In this document: positions 19,588 to 29,229 of the stretch, one piece after another
Position numbering within the stretch: position 1 is the first letter of the stretch
How the letters are laid out: the number at the start of each line of letters is the position of its first letter
Source: Legionellaceae bacterium
GTDB taxonomy: Bacteria > Pseudomonadota > Gammaproteobacteria > CBCSKA01
Assembly: GCA_965140885.1 (NCBI GenBank)
Contig: CBCSKA010000148.1
Coordinates: forward strand, 1-51,697
Direction of reading: 5' to 3'
DNA: 51,697 bases
The notes under the pieces: generated by a model
Told to the model about the DNA's origin: nothing
The model's input: the letters and a program-made list of their open reading frames with translations, nothing else
Database searches by the model: none
Program-made: the position numbers and the translations under genes

Positions 19588-20535
19588 TTATTCAGTCAGC
19601 GTGTTTAAACAATTATCTAAATCTTGTGGTAAAGGGGCTTCTACACATATTTCTTTTTGACTATCAGGTAATGTAAATTGAAGACGAATAGCATGTAAAA
19701 ATAAACGCTTAGCGCCTTTTTCTTTTGCCCATTTATTAAATTCTTTATCACCATATTTCTCATCAGCGGCTAAAGGATGTCCGGTATAAGCCGCATGAAC
19801 TCTTATTTGGTGCGTACGTCCCGTCACAGGCTGTGCTTCAATTAAGGTGCAATTGTCTAATCGTTTAAGCACTTTAAATTGAGTGAGTGATGGCTTTCCT
19901 TCAGAACTTACTTTTACTATACGCTCTCCAGAACTTAATTGGTTTTTATAAAGCGGCGCATCCACTAATTTTGCAGAGCGCGGCCAATTCCCTTTTACTA
20001 AAGCTATATACGTTTTTTGAATGTTTCCTTCACGAATAATTTCATGTAAGTATTTTAAAATACGAGGTTTTTTGGCAATTAATAAACAACCCGATGTATC
20101 TTTATCTAAACGATGAACTAATTCTAAACTTTTTTGGTTAGGAAAACATTCACGTAATGCTTCAATGATTCCTAAATTTATCCCACTTCCCCCATGTACA
20201 GCGGTGCCAGCGGGTTTATTTAAAATTAAAAATCCTTCATCTTCATATAAAATTCGACTTTTTAAAGTCATTACATATTCTTGAGAAACTTTTACTTCTT
20301 TTACTTGTCCTAAACGTACTGGGGGAATACGAATATTATCACCGCCTTGAACTCGGTAATCTGGCTTAATTCGTTTTTTATTTACTCTAATTTCTCCTTT
20401 ACGTAATAAACGGTAAAGTCGAGTTTTAGGTAACCCTTTCAAACGAGAAATGAGAAAATTATCCAAACGTTGATTTGCATAAATAGAATCAACTATTAAA
20501 TATTGAACTTCTGTTGTATTAATTATCTTAGTCAT
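19588..20535 (-). CDS. rluC: 23S rRNA pseudouridine synthase RluC
   Basis: 315 aa, colinear with E. coli RluC (QRLDNFL...LKG.PK, LRKGEIRVNKKRIKP.Y, HRLDKDTSG, VTGRTHQIRVH). Divergent from rne as in E. coli. Confidence 0.92.
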   Translation of the reverse strand: MTKIINTTEVQYLIVDSIYANQRLDNFLISRLKGLPKTRLYRLLRKGEIRVNKKRIKPDYRVQGGDNIRIPPVRLGQVKEVKVSQEYVMTLKSRILYEDEGFLILNKPAGTAVHGGSGINLGIIEALRECFPNQKSLELVHRLDKDTSGCLLIAKKPRILKYLHEIIREGNIQKTYIALVKGNWPRSAKLVDAPLYKNQLSSGERIVKVSSEGKPSLTQFKVLKRLDNCTLIEAQPVTGRTHQIRVHAAYTGHPLAADEKYGDKEFNKWAKEKGAKRLFLHAIRLQFTLPDSQKEICVEAPLPQDLDNCLNTLTE

Positions 20536-20550
20536 TTGTGATACATTCCC

Positions 20551-21157
20551 TTGAAGGAAAGCAAAATATTGATATAATTCATTATCACTGGCAGCGCAAG
20601 TTACTAAAGTACAAGCATAACGGTAAATGCTGCAAATTGTGAATAGATTTTAAAGCGGTTAACAGCTAGTAACTATAATATATTGTGTTAACATTTAACA
20701 ATAAATTGATCTTTTTTAAAGATACGAACATGAATTATACAGGTCCTTATCACTTATTGAAGAAATTTTCTTCTGATATTGAACACTTAAGTTGATAAGT
20801 TTTTAGGTACTGCTCGCAGATCGCGGAAAACGATGTAAATAATACTATAACTTCAGCTTTGATTTTTTATTTAGGAATGCTGTTTTTTTACTAATAGCCT
20901 AAAACCTAATGAATAAGAATAAAAAAAACGATAATAGCTATTACACAGAGGCGCAAAAATTACTCTGATTAAGATCAACAAGAATTGAATAAGTGATACT
21001 TATCACACAATACTTTTGCACTCTCTTAACTATTTTCCTATTTCCATATGGCAATAATAGCCATTAAGTAATACTATGGGTTGAAATGTAGTCTACATAT
21101 ATATCATCATTTACCGAATACTGACCTGAGCAATTAAAATAGTAGGTTAGGATACAA
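20551..21157 (+). promoter_or_regulatory. candidate rne promoter plus long 5' UTR
   Basis: TTGAAG (20551-20556), 16 nt, extended -10 TGATATAAT (20570-20578). The following roughly 580 nt up to the rne ATG contain no ORF, analogous to the long autoregulatory E. coli rne leader. Confidence 0.45.
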
Positions 21158-23566
21158 ATGTTAAAAATGCTTATTAATGCAACTCAAAATGATGAGTTAC
21201 GCGTTGCTTTTGTGGATGGTGCAAAACTCACCAATCTTTTTATTGAAACACCAGGGAAAGAACAAAAAAAAGCCAATATTTATAAAGCTAAAATTACTCG
21301 AATTGAACCTAGTTTAGAAGCAGCTTTTGTCGATTATGGTTCTGAAAGACATGGTTTTTTACCATTTAAAGAAATTTCACCCGAATACTTTTCAACATCT
21401 TTGTCAAATAATGATGAAACCTATTTATCTCGGATAAATATTAAAGATGTGTTGTCCGTGGGCCAAGAAATTATGGTTCAAATCGACAAAGAAGAACGAG
21501 GTAATAAAGGTGCTGCATTAACAACCTATATTAGTCTTGCGGGCAGTTATTTAGTATTAATGCCGAATAACCCCAAAGCAGGAGGTATTTCTCGCCGAAT
21601 TGAAGGAGAAGACCGTTCTGAATTACGTGATTTAATGGCTGCTTTAGCTATACCTGATAATATGGGAATTATTATACGTACTGCTGGTTTAGGTAAAAGC
21701 CAAGAAGAATTACAATGGGATTTAAGTATATTATTAAGACACTGGCAAGCTATTAAAGAAGCATACCAGGGTTATCCAGAATCTTCTAAGTTAGAAAATG
21801 ATAGTACTTCAATAGCAAAATCTATTACATCTCGCCCTGCGCCTTTTCTTATCCATCAAGAAAGTGATGTCATTATTCGAGCTATTCGTGATTATTTAAG
21901 AAAAGATATTGGTGAAATTATTATTGATAATGAAGAAGTTTTTAATAAAGTTCGTTCTCATATCCAACATATAAGACCAGATTTTTTAAATAAAGTTAAA
22001 TTTTATCGTGATCGCTCACCTCTTTTTACCCGTTTTCATATTGAAAGCCAAATTGAATCAGCTTTTCAACGAGATGTTAGATTGACTTCTGGTGGAATAA
22101 TTGTCATCGATCATACTGAAGCATTAGTTTCAATTGATGTTAATTCCGCTCGCGCCATCCGTGGTGGAGATATTGAAGAAACTGCGTTAACAACGAATTT
22201 AGAAGCAGCAGAAGAAATTGCTCGTCAAGCTAATTTACGTGATTTAAGTGGTTTAATCGTTATTGATTTTATCGATATGGAAAAAACCAGTAGTCGTCGC
22301 GCAGTAGAAAATCACTTATCAAAAGTTTTTAGTCATGATAGAGCGCGAGTCCAAATTGGGCGGATTTCACGTTTTGGCTTACTTGAAATGTCACGCCAAC
22401 GTTTACGACCTTCATTAGGTGAATTTACCAGAAACCCTTGCCCTCGTTGCTTAGGTGAAGGAAATATTCGTAGTATAGAATCCATTTCTTTATCCATGTT
22501 GCGCTTATTAGAAGAAGAAGCCTTAAAAGAAAAAACAGCCTATGTAAAAGCGCAATTTCCTATTGAAGTTGCCTGCTATTTACTTAATGAAAAACGCCAT
22601 ATCCTTAATGAAATTGAAGAAAGACATTCTGTCCATTTATTAATTATCCCCAATAAGTATATTGAAACTCCCCATTATAAAATTGAACGGATACGTACAA
22701 GTGAACTTAATACTCAAACCACGACGGAATCTTCTGCATTAAGCTTTGAAATGGTAACAAAAATAGAACCTACACTAGCAATAGGAGAATCACAAAAACA
22801 ATCCTTAGCCACTGAACCCGCTGTAAAAGAAGTTAAATGGAATAAATTCAAAAAGCCTATAACAGCCCCAGGATTATTTAAACGTATACTTGGCGGTATT
22901 TTTGGTGTGACATATGAAGAACCTGAAAGTATTCCTGAAACTATTCCTGAAACTATTCCTGAAACTATTCCTGAAGCTATTTCTGAAACTAAACAGAAAG
23001 AACCCATTAAACATAAACACAAACCCATACAAACACAACCTGCGCGTCAACAAAATCGTAAAGACAGAAATCCTGCAAAATCACACTCTGTCCCCGCAGT
23101 TAAAGAAACATCCTCAGCGATTAAAGAAGCATCATTAGGTAAAAAACCATCTAAATCTGTTTCTCAAAAGCCACTTCCTTTAACCACTAACACAGAACCT
23201 TCTGTTTTACCCACAAAACCTAGTAAACAAAATAATTCTATTATTGAACTTCCAACTTTGATTGAAACCAATAAAGAATTGCTTACAGAAAAAGAATTGG
23301 TTGTAGAAAAAGAAAGTGTTGAAACAAATCAAGAAGAACTTAAAAATTCTCGCCGAAGAGATTTTCATAAAAAACGTAGAGGACAACGTAGACGAGGCCA
23401 CTTACGTTTACAAAGTAATACAGCCCGTCAATCATCCACTACGGAAACGACTAAGCTTGAAAATAATGACGTAAGTACTGAAAAATCTTTCAGTGAATTA
23501 CCGTTACCACCAAAATCAGAAATGGCTACAGAGAAAAAAGTTGACGCTGAAAAACCAGCAGAATAA
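21158..23566 (+). CDS. rne: ribonuclease E
   Basis: N-terminal catalytic half is colinear with E. coli Rne ([58 protein letters not shown]). The C-terminal half is low-complexity and Arg-rich, as is typical. Confidence 0.96.
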   Translation: MLKMLINATQNDELRVAFVDGAKLTNLFIETPGKEQKKANIYKAKITRIEPSLEAAFVDYGSERHGFLPFKEISPEYFSTSLSNNDETYLSRINIKDVLSVGQEIMVQIDKEERGNKGAALTTYISLAGSYLVLMPNNPKAGGISRRIEGEDRSELRDLMAALAIPDNMGIIIRTAGLGKSQEELQWDLSILLRHWQAIKEAYQGYPESSKLENDSTSIAKSITSRPAPFLIHQESDVIIRAIRDYLRKDIGEIIIDNEEVFNKVRSHIQHIRPDFLNKVKFYRDRSPLFTRFHIESQIESAFQRDVRLTSGGIIVIDHTEALVSIDVNSARAIRGGDIEETALTTNLEAAEEIARQANLRDLSGLIVIDFIDMEKTSSRRAVENHLSKVFSHDRARVQIGRISRFGLLEMSRQRLRPSLGEFTRNPCPRCLGEGNIRSIESISLSMLRLLEEEALKEKTAYVKAQFPIEVACYLLNEKRHILNEIEERHSVHLLIIPNKYIETPHYKIERIRTSELNTQTTTESSALSFEMVTKIEPTLAIGESQKQSLATEPAVKEVKWNKFKKPITAPGLFKRILGGIFGVTYEEPESIPETIPETIPETIPEAISETKQKEPIKHKHKPIQTQPARQQNRKDRNPAKSHSVPAVKETSSAIKEASLGKKPSKSVSQKPLPLTTNTEPSVLPTKPSKQNNSIIELPTLIETNKELLTEKELVVEKESVETNQEELKNSRRRDFHKKRRGQRRRGHLRLQSNTARQSSTTETTKLENNDVSTEKSFSELPLPPKSEMATEKKVDAEKPAE
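22931..22990. repeat. 5 x 12-bp tandem repeat (ATTCCTGAAACT) encoding (IPET)n in the RNase E C-terminal scaffold
   Basis: Three perfect units and two variant units, in frame: [20 protein letters not shown]. Confidence 0.9.
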
Positions 23567-23576
23567 CTATTTTTTT

Positions 23577-23606
23577 TAGGGGGAAATTATTTCCCCCTAA
23601 ATTTTA
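23577..23606 (+). terminator. rho-independent terminator after rne
   Basis: TAGGGGGAAA-tta-TTTCCCCCTA, a 10-bp stem starting 11 nt after the rne stop. It is preceded by a T-run and followed by AATTTTA. Confidence 0.7.
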
Positions 23607-23901
23607 TACATTACGTTATTATTTCAAAAATTTTACTGTCTTTCAGATCCGACTCGCTTAACTGACTTTTTATGTCTTACAACATAAAGAATATTTTTTA
23701 AATCCTATTTTTACTGAAGTAATTTACTATTTTTTATAATTGTAGTTTATTGTATAAAACTCTAATATATTTAATGACCCATTCCAGAAACAATTTTTTT
23801 CTTTAAAATAAATATTATTTTCTGTAAACAAAAATTTCATATATACTTGAGTTAATGCTTCTATAATATCATTCACTAATACTAATAAATGGGAATAAAT
23901 T

Positions 23902-24435
23902 ATGACAAACGATGCTACCAAACCTGAAAATACTAAAAATATTCCAAACAGCACTATAGCCCCTAAAGATAAAAGAAACGACGAATTACAAAAAGAATTA
24001 GTTGAAGGTCCAGTAACAATTGATTTATCTAGAGAAAATACTAATAGAACTGATAAAAACACGCCTGATGATGAAAACACTAATAGTGATGAAAATTTAA
24101 TAAAGTCTTTGTATGAACTTCTAGCGAAAAAGGGAAGTATTTCTGTCGTTCCACCTAAAGCAGGAGCGAAAGAGCTGCAATTAATTACTTCTGATTTTAA
24201 ATTTAGCCCTATTCAAATTACTTGCCATAACGGGGTAATGAATGCAAGTTGTTACACAAGAGATATACTAGAATCCATGGTACAAATTGCTAAGGATAAA
24301 GGTTGGTCAGCTATTGTTATAGATGAACCCACTAAAAGTAAGGCTAAAGCACTTATACAAGAAATATGTAAGGAAAAAGGTATAGAAGTTAGCAATACCC
24401 CTGCAGAAAATGTTAATGTTAAATTAGTCAAATAA
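23902..24435 (+). CDS. hypothetical protein (disordered polar N-terminal half, compact C-terminal domain)
   Basis: 177-aa ORF with GGGA 7 nt upstream of the ATG. The C-terminal roughly 100 aa has a mixed alpha/beta-like pattern (GSISVVPP...ITCHNGVMNASCY...AKDKGWSAIVIDEP). No family recognised. Confidence 0.55.
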   Translation: MTNDATKPENTKNIPNSTIAPKDKRNDELQKELVEGPVTIDLSRENTNRTDKNTPDDENTNSDENLIKSLYELLAKKGSISVVPPKAGAKELQLITSDFKFSPIQITCHNGVMNASCYTRDILESMVQIAKDKGWSAIVIDEPTKSKAKALIQEICKEKGIEVSNTPAENVNVKLVK

Positions 24436-24510
24436 TTTAGTTTATAAACTATAAAAATTTAAACTTGAACTAATAGTTTAGCTTATTACTATAAAACTTT
24501 ACTATTAGAT

Positions 24511-24774
24511 CGATAGTGTCGCCATTTTTGAGACCCCTTTTGGGACATCCAAGTCCCCAAAAGGGACAAAAATTGTCGACAAGTATGCCTGCGGCAGCCC
24601 TGGCCGTCCTGCGTACGCTCGTTATGACACGACTAGGTGTCATAACTTCACTTCCACAAATGACTTGTCGACCGTTTTGTGGGCCTTATATTTTGCCTTC
24701 GGCAAAACATCCGGCACTACGGTCTACCAGGGACTATCGGCCTCGCTCCTTCGTCGCTTCCTTGGCCGACAGCG
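24511..24774 (+). repeat. GC-rich structured dispersed repeat, copy 2 (264 nt, used as reference)
   Basis: Near-identical to copies 1 and 3. Lies 75 nt downstream of the stop of ORF 23902-24435, in the same orientation. Confidence 0.95.
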
Positions 24775-25110
24775 CAAGTTACCATTCTCAAATTAAGTTC
24801 GATAAAATAAATCGCTTTTTTCTCGAATGATCGATTGATAAATTAAACCTACTCACTGCTTATAATTTAACTAAAGGATTATAGGGACACTAAAAATTCC
24901 TTATCTATAATTTTTTATATAAACCTTATGCTGAGGAATTTTATAAAAAAACCTACAGTCAAAAAAAAAAATGCAAAGCCTTGTAAAAATATATCTATGT
25001 TTAGATAAACCATAAAGCTGTAATTTTTCTGATACAGCATAACCCTCATTAAAAGCATTCTTTTTAAATCAAAAATAGGATGGATGATCCTGAAAAGAAA
25101 TAATTATTCA

Positions 25111-27396
25111 TCACGATTCAACGACATTTTCTGTAAAACCACACTCTTTTTGCGGACAAATTTTTTGTGTACCTTTACGCTTAGTCGTTTTTAATGTAAG
25201 AATTGGCCAATCACATTTAGGACAGGATTCTTTTAATGGCTCATTCCAAATCGCATAATTACATTTTGGATAAGTTGAACAAGAATAAAAAATCTTTCCA
25301 TACCGAGATTTACGCGTAAGTAAAGTACCTTCATGACATTGTGGGCAAACGATATCCGTATCTTTGGGTTTTTCAAGTGGTTCCATGTGCTTACATTTAG
25401 GATATTGGCTACAACCTATAAATTTTCCATAACGCCCTTTTTTAATATGTAGAGGAGAATTGCAATCTGGGCAAAGCCTTCCTTCAAGAATAACGGGTTC
25501 TTCTGGAATTGACTCATTATTTTCATTCATATTCCGAGTAAAATCACATTCAGGGAAGCCTGTGCATCCAATAAAACGCCCTCGTTTTCCTAAACGTATC
25601 GATAAAGGTTTTTCGCATTTTGGGCATAATTCATCGATTGTTTCTTGCGTTACATCTTTACGTTGTACATTTTCTTCAATTAAGTCGACTTGCTGATGAA
25701 AAGGCTGCCAAAATTCTTCCATTACTGGAACCCATGCTTTTTCTCCACGAGCAATAGCATCTAATTCATCTTCTAATTTTGCAGTAAAATCATAATCAAC
25801 ATATTGTGTAAAATGTTGTGTTAAAAATTTATTAACAATCCTACCGACATCAGTTGGTTTAAAACGCTTTAGTTCCAGTATTGTATAATCACGTTGTTGT
25901 AAGGTAGAAATAATGCTTGCATAAGTAGAAGGTCTTCCAATACCATATTCTTCAAGGGCTTTTACTAAACTTGCTTCCGAGTAACGTGGAGGCGCTTCTG
26001 TAAAATGTTGTTCATTACGTAGTGTAATAAGCTTTACTTTATCGCCTTCTGTAAGAGGTGGTAATAATTTTGGGTGATCGTCATTTTCTTTTCGGTCATC
26101 AAAGCTTTCTTGATAGACTTCAATAAAACCTGGCTCAGCAATAATAGAACCGTTAGCACGAAATATATTTGATTCTCCACAAAGTAAATCAACAGAAACT
26201 GTATTGATAGTCGCATGTATCATTTGGGAAGCGACTGTTCTTTTCCAAATTAATTCATACAATTTATACTGTTCTGATGTTAAATATGCTTTTACATCTT
26301 CTGGTAATAAAAATATAGAAGTTGGCCGTATAGCTTCATGTGCTTCTTGAGCATTCTTCGATTTAGTTTGATAAATTTTGGGACTTTCAGGTAATTTATT
26401 TTTTCCAAATTTATCAACAATTAATTGACGTATATCGGTAATAGCATCTTTGGCTAAATTGACTGAATCTGTACGCATATAAGTAATTAAACCGACAGCG
26501 CCTTTTCCAACATCTACCCCTTCATAAAGTTGCTGTGCTGTTCGCATCGTGCGTTGCGTAGTAAAATTCAATTTACGTGCGGCTTCTTGTTGTAATGTGG
26601 ATGTCGTAAAAGGGGCTGATGGATTACGTTTACGTTTTTTTCTTTTTACTTCTTTTACCACTAAATACCCTTTTGCGGCTTCTATTAATGTTTCATTTAT
26701 AGAAGTTGCATGTTCTGCCGTAGAAATAGAAAATTGCTCTAACTTTTGTGAATTAAATTGAATTAATTTTGCATTAAGCGTTTGCTCTTGCGATAATAAA
26801 TCAGCTTCAATAGTCCAATATTCTTTTGAAATAAATTTTTCTATTTCTTCTTCACGCTCGACAATCATTCGTAAAGCAGGACTTTGCACACGCCCCGCGG
26901 ATAAGCCACGTCTAATTTTTTTCCATAATAAAGGAGATAAATTAAAACCGACTAAATAATCTAATGCGCGTCTTGCTTGCTGAGCATCAATTAAATCAGT
27001 CGCTAAACTTCGAGGTTTTAATATCGCTTCATTAACTGCATTTTTAGTGATTTCATAAAAAACAATACGAAAAACTTCTTTATTTTTTAATGCTTTTTCT
27101 TCTTTTAAAATTTCATAAATATGCCAAGAAATAGCTTCCCCTTCACGATCAGGATCCGGCGCTAAATAAAGCTTTTCTGCTTTTTTTAAAGCACTGACAA
27201 TCGCATTAACATGTTTTTCATTTTTTTCAATACGCTTATATTTCATTGCAAAGTTTTTTTGTGGATCAACTGCCCCTTGTTTGGGTATTAAATCACGGAC
27301 ATGTCCATATGAAGCTAAAACTTCAAAATCTGAACCTAAATATTTCTTAATTGTTTTTGCTTTTGCAGGAGATTCAACAATAACCAAATTTTTCAT
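25111..27396 (-). CDS. topA: DNA topoisomerase I
   Basis: 761 aa with TOPRIM MKNLVIVESPAKAKTIKKYLG, active-site region GLITYMRTDS and multiple C-terminal CxxC...CxxC zinc ribbons. Confidence 0.96.
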   Translation of the reverse strand: MKNLVIVESPAKAKTIKKYLGSDFEVLASYGHVRDLIPKQGAVDPQKNFAMKYKRIEKNEKHVNAIVSALKKAEKLYLAPDPDREGEAISWHIYEILKEEKALKNKEVFRIVFYEITKNAVNEAILKPRSLATDLIDAQQARRALDYLVGFNLSPLLWKKIRRGLSAGRVQSPALRMIVEREEEIEKFISKEYWTIEADLLSQEQTLNAKLIQFNSQKLEQFSISTAEHATSINETLIEAAKGYLVVKEVKRKKRKRNPSAPFTTSTLQQEAARKLNFTTQRTMRTAQQLYEGVDVGKGAVGLITYMRTDSVNLAKDAITDIRQLIVDKFGKNKLPESPKIYQTKSKNAQEAHEAIRPTSIFLLPEDVKAYLTSEQYKLYELIWKRTVASQMIHATINTVSVDLLCGESNIFRANGSIIAEPGFIEVYQESFDDRKENDDHPKLLPPLTEGDKVKLITLRNEQHFTEAPPRYSEASLVKALEEYGIGRPSTYASIISTLQQRDYTILELKRFKPTDVGRIVNKFLTQHFTQYVDYDFTAKLEDELDAIARGEKAWVPVMEEFWQPFHQQVDLIEENVQRKDVTQETIDELCPKCEKPLSIRLGKRGRFIGCTGFPECDFTRNMNENNESIPEEPVILEGRLCPDCNSPLHIKKGRYGKFIGCSQYPKCKHMEPLEKPKDTDIVCPQCHEGTLLTRKSRYGKIFYSCSTYPKCNYAIWNEPLKESCPKCDWPILTLKTTKRKGTQKICPQKECGFTENVVES

Positions 27397-27404
27397 GGAG
27401 TGCC

Positions 27405-27869
27405 TTAATGCAAAAGCATAGGTTGTGATTTAATAAAATAACTTTCCATCAAAGCCAACGCTTCTTTATGTTCGGGCTGTGTGAAAAGTAACATTAAAAC
27501 TAAATTTTGCATTTTCTCAAGATTAATTTCTCTTTCATCTAAATCCATTGCTTGCTCAATAATTAATTCTCGACTAAAAGGATTAATGATTCCCAGTTGT
27601 TCAATAAAGTGTAGAAACCCTCTTGCTTGACTTGTCAGATGCAAAGTTTCTTCGAAATTAAAACATCGTATACCTTTACTATTATTAATACTTTTGGATA
27701 ATTCAACGAATTCTTCTGTCTTTATAAAATCAAAAAAATCTTGCATTTTTTCTAAATTTAATTCTTTAGGTAAAGCTAATTCTAGTTTTACTTTTTTATC
27801 ATCTGTTGAACTTATTTTTGATTTGTTTTCTAAAAAATTTTGAAAAAGTAGTAATAATATTTCTAACAT
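27405..27869 (-). CDS. smg: Smg protein (DUF494)
   Basis: 154 aa, alignable to E. coli Smg (RGFLHFIEQLGI, ELIIEQAM, C-terminal MLLH). Sits between dprA and topA. Confidence 0.85.
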   Translation of the reverse strand: MLEILLLLFQNFLENKSKISSTDDKKVKLELALPKELNLEKMQDFFDFIKTEEFVELSKSINNSKGIRCFNFEETLHLTSQARGFLHFIEQLGIINPFSRELIIEQAMDLDEREINLEKMQNLVLMLLFTQPEHKEALALMESYFIKSQPMLLH

Positions 27870-27973
27870 ATTAACCTTATCGAAAAAAGAAATTATTTTA
27901 TCTTAATAGCTTACTTAGATTTAGTATAGTCTAAACTTGATTTTTACTAAAAAGTGATTATTTTTGCATAGTA

Positions 27974-29080
27974 TCAAAAATCAGTACGAATGTATCCTCC
28001 TACCACCTGTTTTACTTTTTTTTCGAGTTCTAATAATAAAAGAAATGATGAAACTTCTTCTACTGACAAACCACTACGATGAACAATTAACTGTATTGGG
28101 GTAGGCGCATAATCAATAAAATTGATCATAGCATTCCTATTTGTGGAAGTAACTGTTTTTTCCTGTTGCGAAACAGTAACGCTCGAATTTTCTATTGAAA
28201 AATTTCCATACTCTTCCAAAATATCATTCACTGATTCAATTAATTTAGCCCCTTGTTTAATAAGATAATGACAACCTTTTGCCATGGGTTGGTGTATTGA
28301 ACCTGGTATAGCAAAAACGTCTCTATTTTGTTCTATCCCATACTTAGCGGTAATGAGCGAACCACTTTTAAAGCTGGCTTCTACAATTAATATTCCTATA
28401 GATAAACCACTTAATATACGATTGCGCCGAGGAAAATTCTGGGGTTTAGGTTTAACGCCGGTTGGAAATTCTGTGACTAATACACCTGATTGTTTAATTT
28501 GTTGTGCTAAATTGTATTGAGAGTGCGGATAAATTATATCCGGGCCTGTCCCCATTACAGCTATTGTTTTACCACTAGGAATGGAAAGTGCGCCTTGATG
28601 ACTCGCAGCATCAATACCTAAAGCTAAACCACTGGTAATCATTAATCCTTCTAAGGTTAATTTAGCGGCAAATTGATAAGCGGTTTCCATTCCATTAACA
28701 GAAGCATTACGACTACCCACGATGGCTAATTGCTTATGATTCAAAAGAGTTTTATCACCTTCGACAAATAATAAAGGCGGAGGATATGAAATTTGCTTTA
28801 AAAGAAAAGGATATTCAGGATCATAAAAAGTAATGATATGTCGATTTTCTTTTTCTAACCATGCTAAATCTTTATCTACGGCCTTCCAATCAATTTGCTT
28901 TAAAGAATTCACTAATTTTTCAGTGTATCCTTTTTCGGCTAATTCATTTTTATTGATGGGGAATAATTCTTGGAAATTGGGAAAATGATTTAATAAATTA
29001 AAAAAAGTAGCTGGCCCTACACTATGTGCACGCCATAAGGCAAGCCACTTTTTTAATTCTTCCGTACTAAAAGCCGTCAA
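27974..29080 (-). CDS. dprA: DNA-processing protein DprA (Smf)
   Basis: 368 aa with the Rossmann-like DprA core (IVGSRNAS..G, GLALGIDAASHQGAL, GKTIAVMGTGPDIIYP, FPRRNRI.SGLS.G.L.VEA...SGSLITA). Confidence 0.92.
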   Translation of the reverse strand: MTAFSTEELKKWLALWRAHSVGPATFFNLLNHFPNFQELFPINKNELAEKGYTEKLVNSLKQIDWKAVDKDLAWLEKENRHIITFYDPEYPFLLKQISYPPPLLFVEGDKTLLNHKQLAIVGSRNASVNGMETAYQFAAKLTLEGLMITSGLALGIDAASHQGALSIPSGKTIAVMGTGPDIIYPHSQYNLAQQIKQSGVLVTEFPTGVKPKPQNFPRRNRILSGLSIGILIVEASFKSGSLITAKYGIEQNRDVFAIPGSIHQPMAKGCHYLIKQGAKLIESVNDILEEYGNFSIENSSVTVSQQEKTVTSTNRNAMINFIDYAPTPIQLIVHRSGLSVEEVSSFLLLLELEKKVKQVVGGYIRTDF

Positions 29081-29229
29081 TTAACGTACCCAATGTCATT
29101 CTGGTATTTATATTGATAAAGTCACATTTGAATTTTATTTTCTTCAATTAAATATGATTAATTATCTTAATGTAATTAATGTTTATTTTTATTCCATCTT
29201 ACCATTCATTGAATAACGTTGAATATTTA

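Noticed and set aside
23727-24080. 117-aa hydrophobic minus-strand ORF overlapping the start of ORF 23902-24435
   Set aside because: It has no ribosome-binding site. It is antisense to an ORF that has an RBS and a structured C-terminal domain. Its hydrophobicity comes from reading an A-rich coding strand in reverse (Phe/Leu/Ile codons).
24516-24830. Arg/Pro-rich ORFs of 104-123 aa running through each copy of the GC-rich repeat (15177-15518, 24516-24830, 45882-46253), plus overlapping ORFs 45961-46332, 46108-46356 and 46169-46423
   Set aside because: There is no Shine-Dalgarno sequence, and the start context differs between copies. The 1-nt insertion in copy 3 shifts the frame near the end. 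One of the ORFs runs through the tRNA gene. Long open frames are expected by chance in a GC-rich island, and the dense stem structure explains conservation better than coding does.
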